From IMG/VR virus record IMGVR_UViG_3300009499_000148, positions 1 through 64,000 of that record: a stretch of 64,000 bases of DNA, one strand, 5' to 3'. This DNA is from a virus. The notes beneath the pieces are model-generated. The model was not told where the DNA came from. It ran no database searches and saw only the letters and a list, made by a program, of their open reading frames with translations. This document shows, one piece after another, positions 1 through 8,657 of the stretch; positions within the stretch are counted from its first letter, which is position 1, and each line of letters begins with the position of its first letter. Position numbers and translations under genes: made by a program.

Positions 1-1633
1 CGAAGTTAGGATAAAAACGACCGTTATCATTCGGAAGTATCATTAGATTTCTTTTTCTAATGCTGCCAGAAAAAAAGTTCGTCTGCTCATCATACAGGAG
101 TGAATTCGCAGACAACGCTGTTGAGACAGACACTCCTATCTCTGATGCAGATAGATGCAACAATCGTGGGTAATTTTTTGTTGCAAAATCACGTGTGAAG
201 TTCTCAAGATTCATGAGACGACCACCGACGCCGAATGAGAGTGCGACATTGAACGGGTCTGTCGTTGAGCCAGATATCGACTGAAACGGCGTCTGCATCA
301 CACCACCGATTAGCTGCCCCAAAGCATTCGACCCGTATGGGCTTCTGTTCGGCGACTCGCGTGTGAAGAATGGCGGAACGTAAAACAACATGCTACCAGT
401 CTCAGTCGGGCCAGCTGTCATCGATGCACTGAGCTCATCTATCGACAAAAACCTGGGATGGATTTTAAGCTCATGAACCTCTGCATTCAAAGGATGTCTG
501 AATGTGAATGATGATGGTGTGTTCGTCGTGATTGCTCCGTCATTGACAAGCTGTGATAATCCTTCGCGGCGGCTGATATTTTGGTTGAAGAACAACGACG
601 TAGAGTTTGTCCCGCTGTTGTTTCCCTCGTAAAAATTTCCAACGCACAGAACTGTCGGGTTGCTACTAGAGATGAAAATATCGGGCCTTATCGATGAAGA
701 CGGAAAGATGAAATCGCCAGCATTCGAAGCATCAACTATGAACGAACCGGTGCCTGAATTTACTACAGCAGACCATCTCACACCCACATGATGCCAGTGG
801 TTTCGTCTGAGCGCGTTATCATTCGACATGAACGCGCGGGGGGTCGATGACGTTGCAGACGATGGTGCAACGTCAGCACCACCAGAAAGTTGCAATAGAA
901 TGCGAAACCCATCAGGAAGCCCGTATTGGTCTCGACTAGAACCCGTTATGATTGATACCGCGTAGCTAGATGATAGGTGGAACAGCGTCCCAGCACGAAA
1001 TGAATCGAATGGCCCGTCTGTCGTGTATCGAGTGTTGATGTAAAACTCAAACGTGAATGCATCATTAAGGATGTAGCATCCAGACGTCGATGTCGTTGAT
1101 GACACAGACGATGAGTTCGGGTATAGCAGAACAGCACTCGTGGGCACCGACGATGCAGTGAAAAAATTGAGCGTATTGTAGTTCGTGTATGCCCAACTTG
1201 CACCCGGATACGTGTGCCTGTAATAGGGATACAGGACATTGCGAACAACATTTTTTCTTTGTGTATCGCTCGTGTATGCGAATGATGGCTCAAACCTCGT
1301 GATACCCAACGTCGTCTGTTTACGCGCTGAACGTGCTGTCGAATTGACGCCAGAGATGTATGCAATCATCTGGTTGCTTATGTTTGTGCTTCCCGCAAGA
1401 CCAGAGTGTGCAAAACGCCTTGTGTCCTCAAGTATGTTCTGAATGTCATGTTCATCGTGCGTCGTTTCATTGAACAATGAAGTCTTGACAGGGTCCTTCT
1501 CTGAGGGTGAAGAACGTGCAAATAGAGGAACAGAGCCCGTGATACCAGCCGATGATGACGTGAATGTTCTGTGCGGATTGAGCTGAAGCGTGAAGTTCTC
1601 AATGTCATCTGGACCGACGCGATGAATTGCCAT
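1..1633 (-). CDS. Virion structural protein with LamG/concanavalin-like domain (runs off the left edge; missing from the ORF track)
   Basis: Translated by hand from ATG at 1633 (MAIHRVGPDDIENFTLQLNPHRTF...). The frame is open to position 1. It carries LamG-like motifs FTFEFYINTRY, NHWHHVGVRW and LNAEVHELKI, and several ITGS/ISGS/FSGS motifs. Confidence 0.8.
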   Translation of the reverse strand, partial: MAIHRVGPDDIENFTLQLNPHRTFTSSSAGITGSVPLFARSSPSEKDPVKTSLFNETTHDEHDIQNILEDTRRFAHSGLAGSTNISNQMIAYISGVNSTARSARKQTTLGITRFEPSFAYTSDTQRKNVVRNVLYPYYRHTYPGASWAYTNYNTLNFFTASSVPTSAVLLYPNSSSVSSTTSTSGCYILNDAFTFEFYINTRYTTDGPFDSFRAGTLFHLSSSYAVSIITGSSRDQYGLPDGFRILLQLSGGADVAPSSATSSTPRAFMSNDNALRRNHWHHVGVRWSAVVNSGTGSFIVDASNAGDFIFPSSSIRPDIFISSSNPTVLCVGNFYEGNNSGTNSTSLFFNQNISRREGLSQLVNDGAITTNTPSSFTFRHPLNAEVHELKIHPRFLSIDELSASMTAGPTETGSMLFYVPPFFTRESPNRSPYGSNALGQLIGGVMQTPFQSISGSTTDPFNVALSFGVGGRLMNLENFTRDFATKNYPRLLHLSASEIGVSVSTALSANSLLYDEQTNFFSGSIRKRNLMILPNDNGRFYPNF

Positions 1634-1701
1634 TATATGACCCCAATACGATTCATCAATGCTACGAATATCATATGGTGATATGTATCATACTTAGAAA
1701 G

Positions 1702-2040
1702 ATGCGTATTCTGAGACGTCTTGTATCATTAATGCTGACAGAACAGGTCATAGCACCGGGAACATCACTAAGGGTCGTCGAGCCCATGGCACTACAGCGT
1801 GTTGATGGAACTGGCGTTGATTCATTTGGACATGATGACGTTCTTATCTTTGCATCTGGTGATGGCATCATGTCAATCGTCAGGTCTCCAAAGCTTGGTA
1901 AAAGATACAACATCAGCAATCGTCAGCTTATGCAAGCAACAAGCGCAAGGCCAAATGTAGCACAGCAGGTGCAAAAGCCGATTCAACAAAAAGCAACGCG
2001 ACCCGTGCCAAGCGACCTAAGGGGCAAGAAGCTATCGTAG
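1702..2040 (+). CDS. Small hypothetical late protein, possible internal head protein
   Basis: Likely start is ATG 1702 (MRILRRLVSLMLTEQ), 5 nt after ATACTTA. It is the only plus-strand gene in the structural block. Confidence 0.55.
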   Translation: MRILRRLVSLMLTEQVIAPGTSLRVVEPMALQRVDGTGVDSFGHDDVLIFASGDGIMSIVRSPKLGKRYNISNRQLMQATSARPNVAQQVQKPIQQKATRPVPSDLRGKKLS

Positions 2041-2424
2041 TCAGTTCGTGTCAGCTGGCTGCTCATTCTCAAGTCGAAGTATCATCATCTCAGCAATGAG
2101 CTCATCTGCCAAAATATCTGGCTTCACATCGCTCCCCTCAATCTTAAACCCAAGCGTGTCATCATCACGACATGTCATGATGCATATATCACATGGATGA
2201 GATGTCATCACCCTTTCTGAGATTGCCGTCAGCATGTTTAGTGCGGCGAACGACAGCTGCGTCCCACCCTCATCATCAGGAAGAAGCTTAAAATCAACGA
2301 CGAACAATGCATCATCGATGAATGCTGTTGTGGGATATATGCACGGAATGTCTTCAAGAGCCTGAACGAGCCTCAATAGCCTGATGTCGATGTCATCACG
2401 CGCTTCATCGTATGTATTTGTCAT
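2041..2424 (-). CDS. Hypothetical acidic protein
   Basis: 127-aa ORF with ATGA overlap to the upstream gene. It converges exactly on the stop of the 1702-2040 gene. Confidence 0.65.
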   Translation of the reverse strand: MTNTYDEARDDIDIRLLRLVQALEDIPCIYPTTAFIDDALFVVDFKLLPDDEGGTQLSFAALNMLTAISERVMTSHPCDICIMTCRDDDTLGFKIEGSDVKPDILADELIAEMMILRLENEQPADTN

Positions 2425-3443
2425 ATTCCTAGCTCCATTTCAGTCCAACATTCAAACATAATTCCCGAGCCTGAACAAAATTTGATAGCAGCTTCACGTT
2501 TTGCGATGTTCTGGGGCAATCCAACCATACCAGCTGGTTTGACTTCAATAAGTTTTTTTGAGCCATCATGATAGTTGATGATGATATCTGGCACGTACCT
2601 CTTTACTTTTTTATCAAACTCATACATGATTGAAAACGGCTCCTTGTTAAAGCTGGCGACAGCATCATCAGCATCTAGGATTTCATATGCTTTCTTTTCA
2701 TATGATGAGCGATACCATATTTGACCCATTTTTATGCTATCATACATGCCTGAATCATGCTTGTGATTGCTTGGTCTCAATGACCCAGATACAATGCTTT
2801 TTGTCAGGCCTTTTGAGACATTTTGTCCCCGTAGAGTGGCGCGCTCATCAGAACCAGCGTGACGACCGTAAAGAGGATTAAAAACACCAGACTGCTTACA
2901 GCTTAGGCTACAAAATCTCTGTTTTCTATTCTTAAAAATGATGTTCATCTCTTTATGACAGTTCTTACATCGCTTTTGAACTATCGACGACTCTCCGCTT
3001 CGTCGTGAAAGTCTCATGTGTTCATCACAACAGAAACGCTGTCCAGAGTATCTGATGCTAGAAACAGTGAACGCTTCGTTACACCACTCACATTTTTGCA
3101 CCATCAATGCATGCATCTTGCTATTAAACTCAGATACACATGATGTATCGCAAAAAAGCCTGTCATCTGGCATGTCAAGCTCACAGTTGAAGCATTTCTT
3201 TGTATCATGAGACAGCTTCATGAATTTCGACATCGCCCATCGTTTAGCGTTGTAACAGCTGTCGGTGCAATGTTTCTTTTTAGATGAATTAGGGATGCTA
3301 AATGTCTCACCACAACAATAGCAGACTATGTTCTTGAACTTACGTCGTGTGTATGAAAGACCCATGCATGTTTGAGTACAAAACTTTCTATTCTGCTTTC
3401 CTATGAATGAAGCACCACACTGTATGCACAAACAGCTAGCCAC
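2421..3443 (-). CDS. Putative homing endonuclease: 5 CxxC...CSxxC zinc-finger repeats plus TnsA-N-like PD-(D/E)XK nuclease
   Basis: Repeats CIQC..FCTQTC, CYCC..HCTDSC, CFNC..FCDTSC, CEWC..FCCDEH, CKNC..FCSLSC. C-terminal YRSSYEKKAYEILD...RYVPDIII...LIEVKP. Confidence 0.8.
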   Translation of the reverse strand: MASCLCIQCGASFIGKQNRKFCTQTCMGLSYTRRKFKNIVCYCCGETFSIPNSSKKKHCTDSCYNAKRWAMSKFMKLSHDTKKCFNCELDMPDDRLFCDTSCVSEFNSKMHALMVQKCEWCNEAFTVSSIRYSGQRFCCDEHMRLSRRSGESSIVQKRCKNCHKEMNIIFKNRKQRFCSLSCKQSGVFNPLYGRHAGSDERATLRGQNVSKGLTKSIVSGSLRPSNHKHDSGMYDSIKMGQIWYRSSYEKKAYEILDADDAVASFNKEPFSIMYEFDKKVKRYVPDIIINYHDGSKKLIEVKPAGMVGLPQNIAKREAAIKFCSGSGIMFECWTEMELGI

Positions 3444-3448
3444 TTATA

Positions 3449-3478
3449 ATGGTACATGTATACAGCATGTATTGTCAA
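3449..3478 (-). promoter_or_regulatory. Sigma70-like promoter for the 2421-3443 endonuclease (leaderless)
   Basis: Minus strand reads TTGACA-18 nt-TACCAT, then 5 nt to the GTG start. Confidence 0.55.
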
Positions 3479-3575
3479 CAAATAAGACTTAACAGCATTA
3501 TGTCAATATATCGAACAAATATGCTATTAAATCATGTAAGTGTTTATTTTACAACAATAAATTCAACTTAAATTA

Positions 3576-4802
3576 TTAATAATCTAGCCTTAACCGAAAT
3601 GTTACATCTTTCTCGTCTTGCTTTTCTACGGGACGTGAAAGCTTCGCTACTGCTAGCAGATTGTCATTTGCATCATACAGGCCGATACTCGTGACGAACG
3701 TAAACGTTCTTTGAGAATCTTCGGCTCCTTCATCTATTACGACTATGCGATTATCGCTATCAACGAATGTCGGGTTCGACGAGTAGTTGAACTCATCAGC
3801 GGTCGCCCTACAGAAGAACAACGTTGAGTTGATGTTCGTCGTGTTTTGAAACGTTATCGCTGTCGTTGAACCAGAGCTGAAGCGTGTCGATGCAAAGTGG
3901 TCAAGGATGTTATCAATCGATGCAGACGTCATGAAATCGGGTATGAACGTCGCATTTGGATTACCACTGAGCTCGGCCGGGCCACCGATGCATATCTGGC
4001 CCGCCTGCGGAAACCCTCCTGTCCCATTCATCGCATCGATGACACCCGACACGTGCTGGGAACCCGATATAATCTTTGAGAGGTCTAGGACTGCGACACC
4101 CCTATCATTGAACATCAGACCGACGGTGCGGCTAGTGTTCGATGAATCGACGATGTTAGACACCTGACCGCCGAATGCAACGACCTTGTTCGTTGAGCTT
4201 CCGACATCTGTGTAGATTGACGAACCCGACTCTGTCGTTAGATTTAGGTTCGGCGCAAGGCTCTGTGCAGGGTCAGGGTTAGATGCCGATTGGTACCACC
4301 GCATCGCGAATGTCTCACGCTTGATGCCATCACGATGGAACAGTCTCTTGAAGCATATGAAGAGCGCAGCGTTGATGTTATTTGATGTCGTCGTCGAATC
4401 AAGAGGAGCAACAAACTGCTCAGTCGCATCACCGAGCAGCGTCTGTGCGAATTGTCGATAGACGTCAATCTTTTCACGCATCATCAACGACGTCGAGGGA
4501 AACAACAGCTTTCCTGCGCTGTCCTCACCTGTCTTGATGTTCTGAACGATTGAGCTTGAATAGAACAGTCCAACTGTCATGTCCATCATTGCGTTCGCAG
4601 TTTGGAGACTAAAATCTTGGTCGTAGATAGTCTGAAAGAGCGAACTCGTTACTCCTGGCCCAACACCACCGGTGATAAATGACAAGTGCCTCTTTCTGGT
4701 TGTAGAACCCGACACATCTTCTGCCACGACATCGACCAACTGCGACAAAAACGACCGCGCAGTCTTAACGTCTGACTGCCGAAGCTCTTTAAAAACACTC
4801 AT
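3576..4802 (-). CDS. Baseplate/tail protein with C-terminal tail-collar (DUF3751-like) motif
   Basis: C-terminal FVTSIGLYDANDNLLAVAKLSRPVEK resembles the (R/T)EIGLYD..G.LIAVA motif of tail-fibre attachment domains. It lies in the structural block. Confidence 0.65.
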   Translation of the reverse strand: MSVFKELRQSDVKTARSFLSQLVDVVAEDVSGSTTRKRHLSFITGGVGPGVTSSLFQTIYDQDFSLQTANAMMDMTVGLFYSSSIVQNIKTGEDSAGKLLFPSTSLMMREKIDVYRQFAQTLLGDATEQFVAPLDSTTTSNNINAALFICFKRLFHRDGIKRETFAMRWYQSASNPDPAQSLAPNLNLTTESGSSIYTDVGSSTNKVVAFGGQVSNIVDSSNTSRTVGLMFNDRGVAVLDLSKIISGSQHVSGVIDAMNGTGGFPQAGQICIGGPAELSGNPNATFIPDFMTSASIDNILDHFASTRFSSGSTTAITFQNTTNINSTLFFCRATADEFNYSSNPTFVDSDNRIVVIDEGAEDSQRTFTFVTSIGLYDANDNLLAVAKLSRPVEKQDEKDVTFRLRLDY

Positions 4803-4805
4803 CTT

Positions 4806-5162
4806 TTACACCTCATCTGCAACCCTAAATATGAACCCACTGACATTTTTAAGACGACCACTCACACATCGTGCTACCTGATGCTGTTTCAACCCAAGCT
4901 CTCTGGCTGCTTGAGCACAGGAAATGAACCGCCTGAGCTCTTGTCCTTCAGAAGAAACTAACATAATGTGTTTTCCAAAAAGGCCACCTATACGAGTACT
5001 AATTGATGCCCTAAAAATTTCATCATCGTTAACGATATCACCATCATATCGCCAAAGATATCCACCGAATGTTGTGGTTCTCTTTGACTTAATCGTCTGG
5101 CCAACGTACATCTTTTCATTGACTAAGTTCTTTATGCAGTAAATGATACCATGCACCGACAT
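4806..5162 (-). pseudogene. Degenerate GIY-YIG homing endonuclease remnant with NUMOD1/HTH C-terminus
   Basis: GIIYCIKNLVNEKMYVGQT is joined directly to TFGGYLWRY and FISCAQAARELG..VARCVSG..GFIFR. The catalytic Arg/Glu region of the GIY-YIG domain is missing. Confidence 0.7.
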
Positions 5163-5169
5163 GCATTAG

Positions 5170-5178
5170 ATTATATCA
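5170..5178 (-). promoter_or_regulatory. Extended -10 promoter (TGnTATAAT), leaderless
   Basis: Minus strand reads TGATATAAT, then 7 nt to ATG at 5162. Confidence 0.5.
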
Positions 5179-5205
5179 CGTGTAGCCGCTGAGATGTATC
5201 TGACA

Positions 5206-5904
5206 TCAACCGGTCTTCGATATCAGGACTTCAAACTCTTTGACGCAACCAGAGTTGAGGCCGCTGACCTTGACGTATGTACGGATCTGAGTTTTGTCCT
5301 GAGTGGTCCCGAATATAGTGAACTGTGCGTCAGTTATTGACTTCAGCTCTAGGGTGAATGTAAGCTGTGAGCCACCGAGAGCAGTTGATGAGCTATCACG
5401 TGGAATGAGATACCGGGCGCGTTGTTGGCCGTCGATGTTATCGGGTGAGTTTCCACTTATCTGAAGAAACAGGTTCGATAGGCTAATCTCAAATGATTGG
5501 TCGCGGAGCTCGGCATCTATCGTGTTCTCATTCTGGATTGTCTGCTGTATGATTTGTCGCGACTGGCGTGTCGTCGTGCGACCGAGTGTGATTGATGTTG
5601 AACCACCGACGAGTTCTAGAGTTGGAAACCTGATTAGATTTGGGTTCGACAATGACACTAGCTTGAACTTCTGCGCAAGCGTCTGGTTTGTGATTGCCTC
5701 GAAGACTGGCGTCAGCTTCTCAATCTTCTCTTTTCCTACTGTCCTACCGAACTTTTGGATTGTTGAGTAATCGACCTCATCATCTGCAAGCGCAAACTTA
5801 ATGACAGAGAACGAACCGTCATTCCTTGACAAGAACTGTCTACCCACGTCCGTGAGGACAGCGTCTAATATTAGATTATTTGTTTCATGCGATAAGAACC
5901 CCAT
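5206..5904 (-). CDS. Baseplate/tail protein with N-terminal tail-collar (DUF3751-like) motif
   Basis: N-terminal ILDAVLTDVGRQFLS..GSFSVIKFALADD matches an LT..GR..LA...I..FA..D pattern. Confidence 0.65.
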   Translation of the reverse strand: MGFLSHETNNLILDAVLTDVGRQFLSRNDGSFSVIKFALADDEVDYSTIQKFGRTVGKEKIEKLTPVFEAITNQTLAQKFKLVSLSNPNLIRFPTLELVGGSTSITLGRTTTRQSRQIIQQTIQNENTIDAELRDQSFEISLSNLFLQISGNSPDNIDGQQRARYLIPRDSSSTALGGSQLTFTLELKSITDAQFTIFGTTQDKTQIRTYVKVSGLNSGCVKEFEVLISKTG

Positions 5905-5905
5905 G

Positions 5906-6781
5906 TTATTGATTTCCTTTATTAATTACCAAAGCCACAGTCTTTTTTAAAGCATCAAACTCATCCTTTGAGTGCTTATGTAACTTACATATACGCATAC
6001 CATGAATCATGGTGCCACTTCTAACATAAGAGCGTAATAATTTTACACCTATATTGAGGTACATCGAAGCCTCAGCAAAATTACTAAAAACGTTAATGAT
6101 GGTGCCATCATTGTCTAGACACACAACTGGCCACCGCACACCCTTATTTGGTCCATCATTTTTAGCGAAGTATCTTTTAACACTCATGCCAATGTTTTTT
6201 TTATGATTCTCACTAAGAACTTTACCCGTGTGTGCAATCGACAATTTAAGCTTTGTCGCTTCTTTTAGTGGGCCTGTACGACCCCAACTCTTTCCATAAA
6301 ATGGATTGCCCTTACCCTTCATCTTTTTTGAATGCTCTTCATTTGCTATTAACATTTCATTCGTAGGATTTTTGTGTGCTTTAATCTGCGCCTCTCGTAT
6401 CAAAGCTCTTGTTGCATCTGATACTGATTTACCCTTATGCCTGTCAGATATCTTCTTTTTAGCTTCAACTGTGTGTGTATATCCATGTGCACCCTCACCA
6501 CCAAGTGTTAGGTTATAACCATGCCCATTTGATGCCAACGAGTTAAGCTTTTTAATCCAAAGCGTCTCAAGCATATTCAGTTCATCATAATCATCTGTCT
6601 CTTGTAGCACAGATATTTTGAAATTATCGACACCATATTTTCTAATAGCACAGCAGATGGCTGTCATGCTTTTGCCGATACTACCGTTAACATGTTCTTT
6701 CCATCTTATCTCAAGTGCTCTATACGTTTTTCCAACATACCTTTTTCCATTCAACGTATTTTCAATTAAATAAACGAACAT
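5906..6781 (-). CDS. GIY-YIG homing endonuclease with NUMOD3 repeats
   Basis: MFVYLIENTLNGKRYVGKT...RWKEH...AIRKYGVDNF...LETLWI...GYNLTLGGEG. NUMOD3 motifs HTVEAKKKIS and KGNPFYGK. AT-rich. Start corrected to ATG 6781. Confidence 0.9.
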   Translation of the reverse strand: MFVYLIENTLNGKRYVGKTYRALEIRWKEHVNGSIGKSMTAICCAIRKYGVDNFKISVLQETDDYDELNMLETLWIKKLNSLASNGHGYNLTLGGEGAHGYTHTVEAKKKISDRHKGKSVSDATRALIREAQIKAHKNPTNEMLIANEEHSKKMKGKGNPFYGKSWGRTGPLKEATKLKLSIAHTGKVLSENHKKNIGMSVKRYFAKNDGPNKGVRWPVVCLDNDGTIINVFSNFAEASMYLNIGVKLLRSYVRSGTMIHGMRICKLHKHSKDEFDALKKTVALVINKGNQ

Positions 6782-6818
6782 GCAACATCCTATATCATCA
6801 ATCTTATAACACAATACA

Positions 6819-8657
6819 TTACCTAGAAACATTCGTACGTGTATCGTCTATCGTTATATCGACAATCTCCTGCTGCATCATATCGATGTTTGTCAGTTGG
6901 AGTTGGTACTTCCCGCCGTCGATGTTGTTCAGCGTCATCAGCTTCATGTCATTGCCCTGTTTATCATCTAGGCGCAGCAGCTCTGGGTCAAAGATGACAC
7001 GACATCGCGTGTGTCCTGACGTCCTCATGAGGTCATTGAACATGTCCTGGTTAAGATACATGTTTGGGTATGATTTGGGCGCACCTGATGATGACGTCAA
7101 TGCTTTTACGACGTGGTTCTTCGCTTCATCAAACCACACGTTGAACTGCATTCCATAGTTTGATGAAAGACCATGTGCATCTATGCTGCACAGCGTGTAT
7201 ATCGCACGAGATGTGCGTCCGAACCCTCCATCAAGATACGTGAGAACAGGAGACTGGAAGTGCTTCACAGCTCCTGCATCTGGCGTCTCATGACTTTTTG
7301 TTCTAATCTCTGAATCATCAAAATCGATGTGTTGTATAAGGGTGAATGGCTCATCGATTGACGAGCGCTTGAATACCTGAAATGCCTTGATATCACGCTG
7401 TGTGTTCGGTGGAAAGCTCCACATTAATCGAAGTGCATCATGTGTGTAATCCCATATGATGTTGAAATCAGCAGGAGGTGGTGGAGGAACGTTCTCAACG
7501 CACTTCACGACTGCCCGCGAGGAGCGTCTAGATGCGACAAGGCCAGCACCGATGACGATGTCTTGTGAATCCTCGACAGACAATCGAACATTCAGCTGTG
7601 CAACCGTCCTTATCGCATACACGTACGTCCTACCGTATGCAACGCGGTCATCCACAGCGACACCCACCGATGGGCTTTCGATGACAATCGGTGGGTGCTG
7701 TCTTAGCTGCCCGTTAGATAGAATCTCATGCTTCTCGATGATGTATCCGATGACGCGTGTTGATGATGGAGCATCATGTGTGTCAATATGTTGCGTTGTG
7801 ATAGCGCGAAATCTTGGCTCAAACTCCGTTGCGTTAATTATGTTTGGGTTATGACGACTGAGTGCGTTTGCCTGCGCTGTGAGTGCCTTATACTGTGATG
7901 CAACAAGCTCATCAGAAAATGTGCTCATTGGGTCATTCACGATGTTTTTAATGACCCTGCCCGCAACTCTACCCAACAATTGACCCCTGACGCTGACATC
8001 ACGGATTCTGACGAAAGCATCATCGGTGAGTTCTTGGTGCGTTGCATCATCGATGAATGACATCTTCAACGTATCTAATTGGTTCAGTGCGTTGATGATG
8101 ACGTCATTACTGATGTTATCATTCGTCTCTGAGGCCATGGCTCTAGCTGCATCCATCAACGAATGCTCATCAGTCAGTGTGTCTAGTATCGTCTGTCTAT
8201 TCCTATCGATGCCTGCCTGCACAGCCCTATTCTTTGCAGAGACCTGCTTTGCTAATGACCCAGAAACAAGAGTAAAAAGCTTTTTATCGACGCTGTTGTC
8301 CTGAAACTCAAAACCAAGATACTCATTGCTCGAGAAATCAGACTCAAATTGAATCTGCGATAGATTATCGCTTATAGAGATTGCATTCTGGCGCCCAGAA
8401 CCGTCAGGATTACCCATGAACTCATTTCCATTTGGGCTATTCTGCACTATCGTCCGCGCAAACGTAAAACGAACGAATCGAGGAGCGTGATGCGTTATAC
8501 CGTCGATTGATGATGCATCTGCCTGGATGACACCGAGGCCCGCATCGTTTGTGCTTTCATCTGGAGTAAAAAACCCGTAAACGAACCTTGCATTGAAACC
8601 CGACACCTCTGGGACATCGGCGACAGAGACTCGCTTTGACGGTTTTGAAATGCTCAT
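6819..8657 (-). CDS. Large virion protein with fibronectin-III-like domains
   Basis: 612 aa. Fn3-like segments PPPPADFNIIWDY..LRLMWSFP..IKAFQVFKR and YGRTYVYAIRTV. Confidence 0.6.
   Translation of the reverse strand: MSISKPSKRVSVADVPEVSGFNARFVYGFFTPDESTNDAGLGVIQADASSIDGITHHAPRFVRFTFARTIVQNSPNGNEFMGNPDGSGRQNAISISDNLSQIQFESDFSSNEYLGFEFQDNSVDKKLFTLVSGSLAKQVSAKNRAVQAGIDRNRQTILDTLTDEHSLMDAARAMASETNDNISNDVIINALNQLDTLKMSFIDDATHQELTDDAFVRIRDVSVRGQLLGRVAGRVIKNIVNDPMSTFSDELVASQYKALTAQANALSRHNPNIINATEFEPRFRAITTQHIDTHDAPSSTRVIGYIIEKHEILSNGQLRQHPPIVIESPSVGVAVDDRVAYGRTYVYAIRTVAQLNVRLSVEDSQDIVIGAGLVASRRSSRAVVKCVENVPPPPPADFNIIWDYTHDALRLMWSFPPNTQRDIKAFQVFKRSSIDEPFTLIQHIDFDDSEIRTKSHETPDAGAVKHFQSPVLTYLDGGFGRTSRAIYTLCSIDAHGLSSNYGMQFNVWFDEAKNHVVKALTSSSGAPKSYPNMYLNQDMFNDLMRTSGHTRCRVIFDPELLRLDDKQGNDMKLMTLNNIDGGKYQLQLTNIDMMQQEIVDITIDDTRTNVSR

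Noticed and set aside
2421-3443. TnsA-like domain as a Tn7 transposon
   Set aside because: No TnsB/C or terminal repeats. The architecture (Zn fingers plus nuclease) fits a free-standing homing endonuclease.
3444-3575. Group I intron or ncRNA in the AT-rich spacer (imperfect inverted repeat TTAACAGCAT...ATGCTATTAA)
   Set aside because: The flanking genes are complete, no intron core motifs are recognisable, and the spacer is explained by a promoter plus a weak hairpin.
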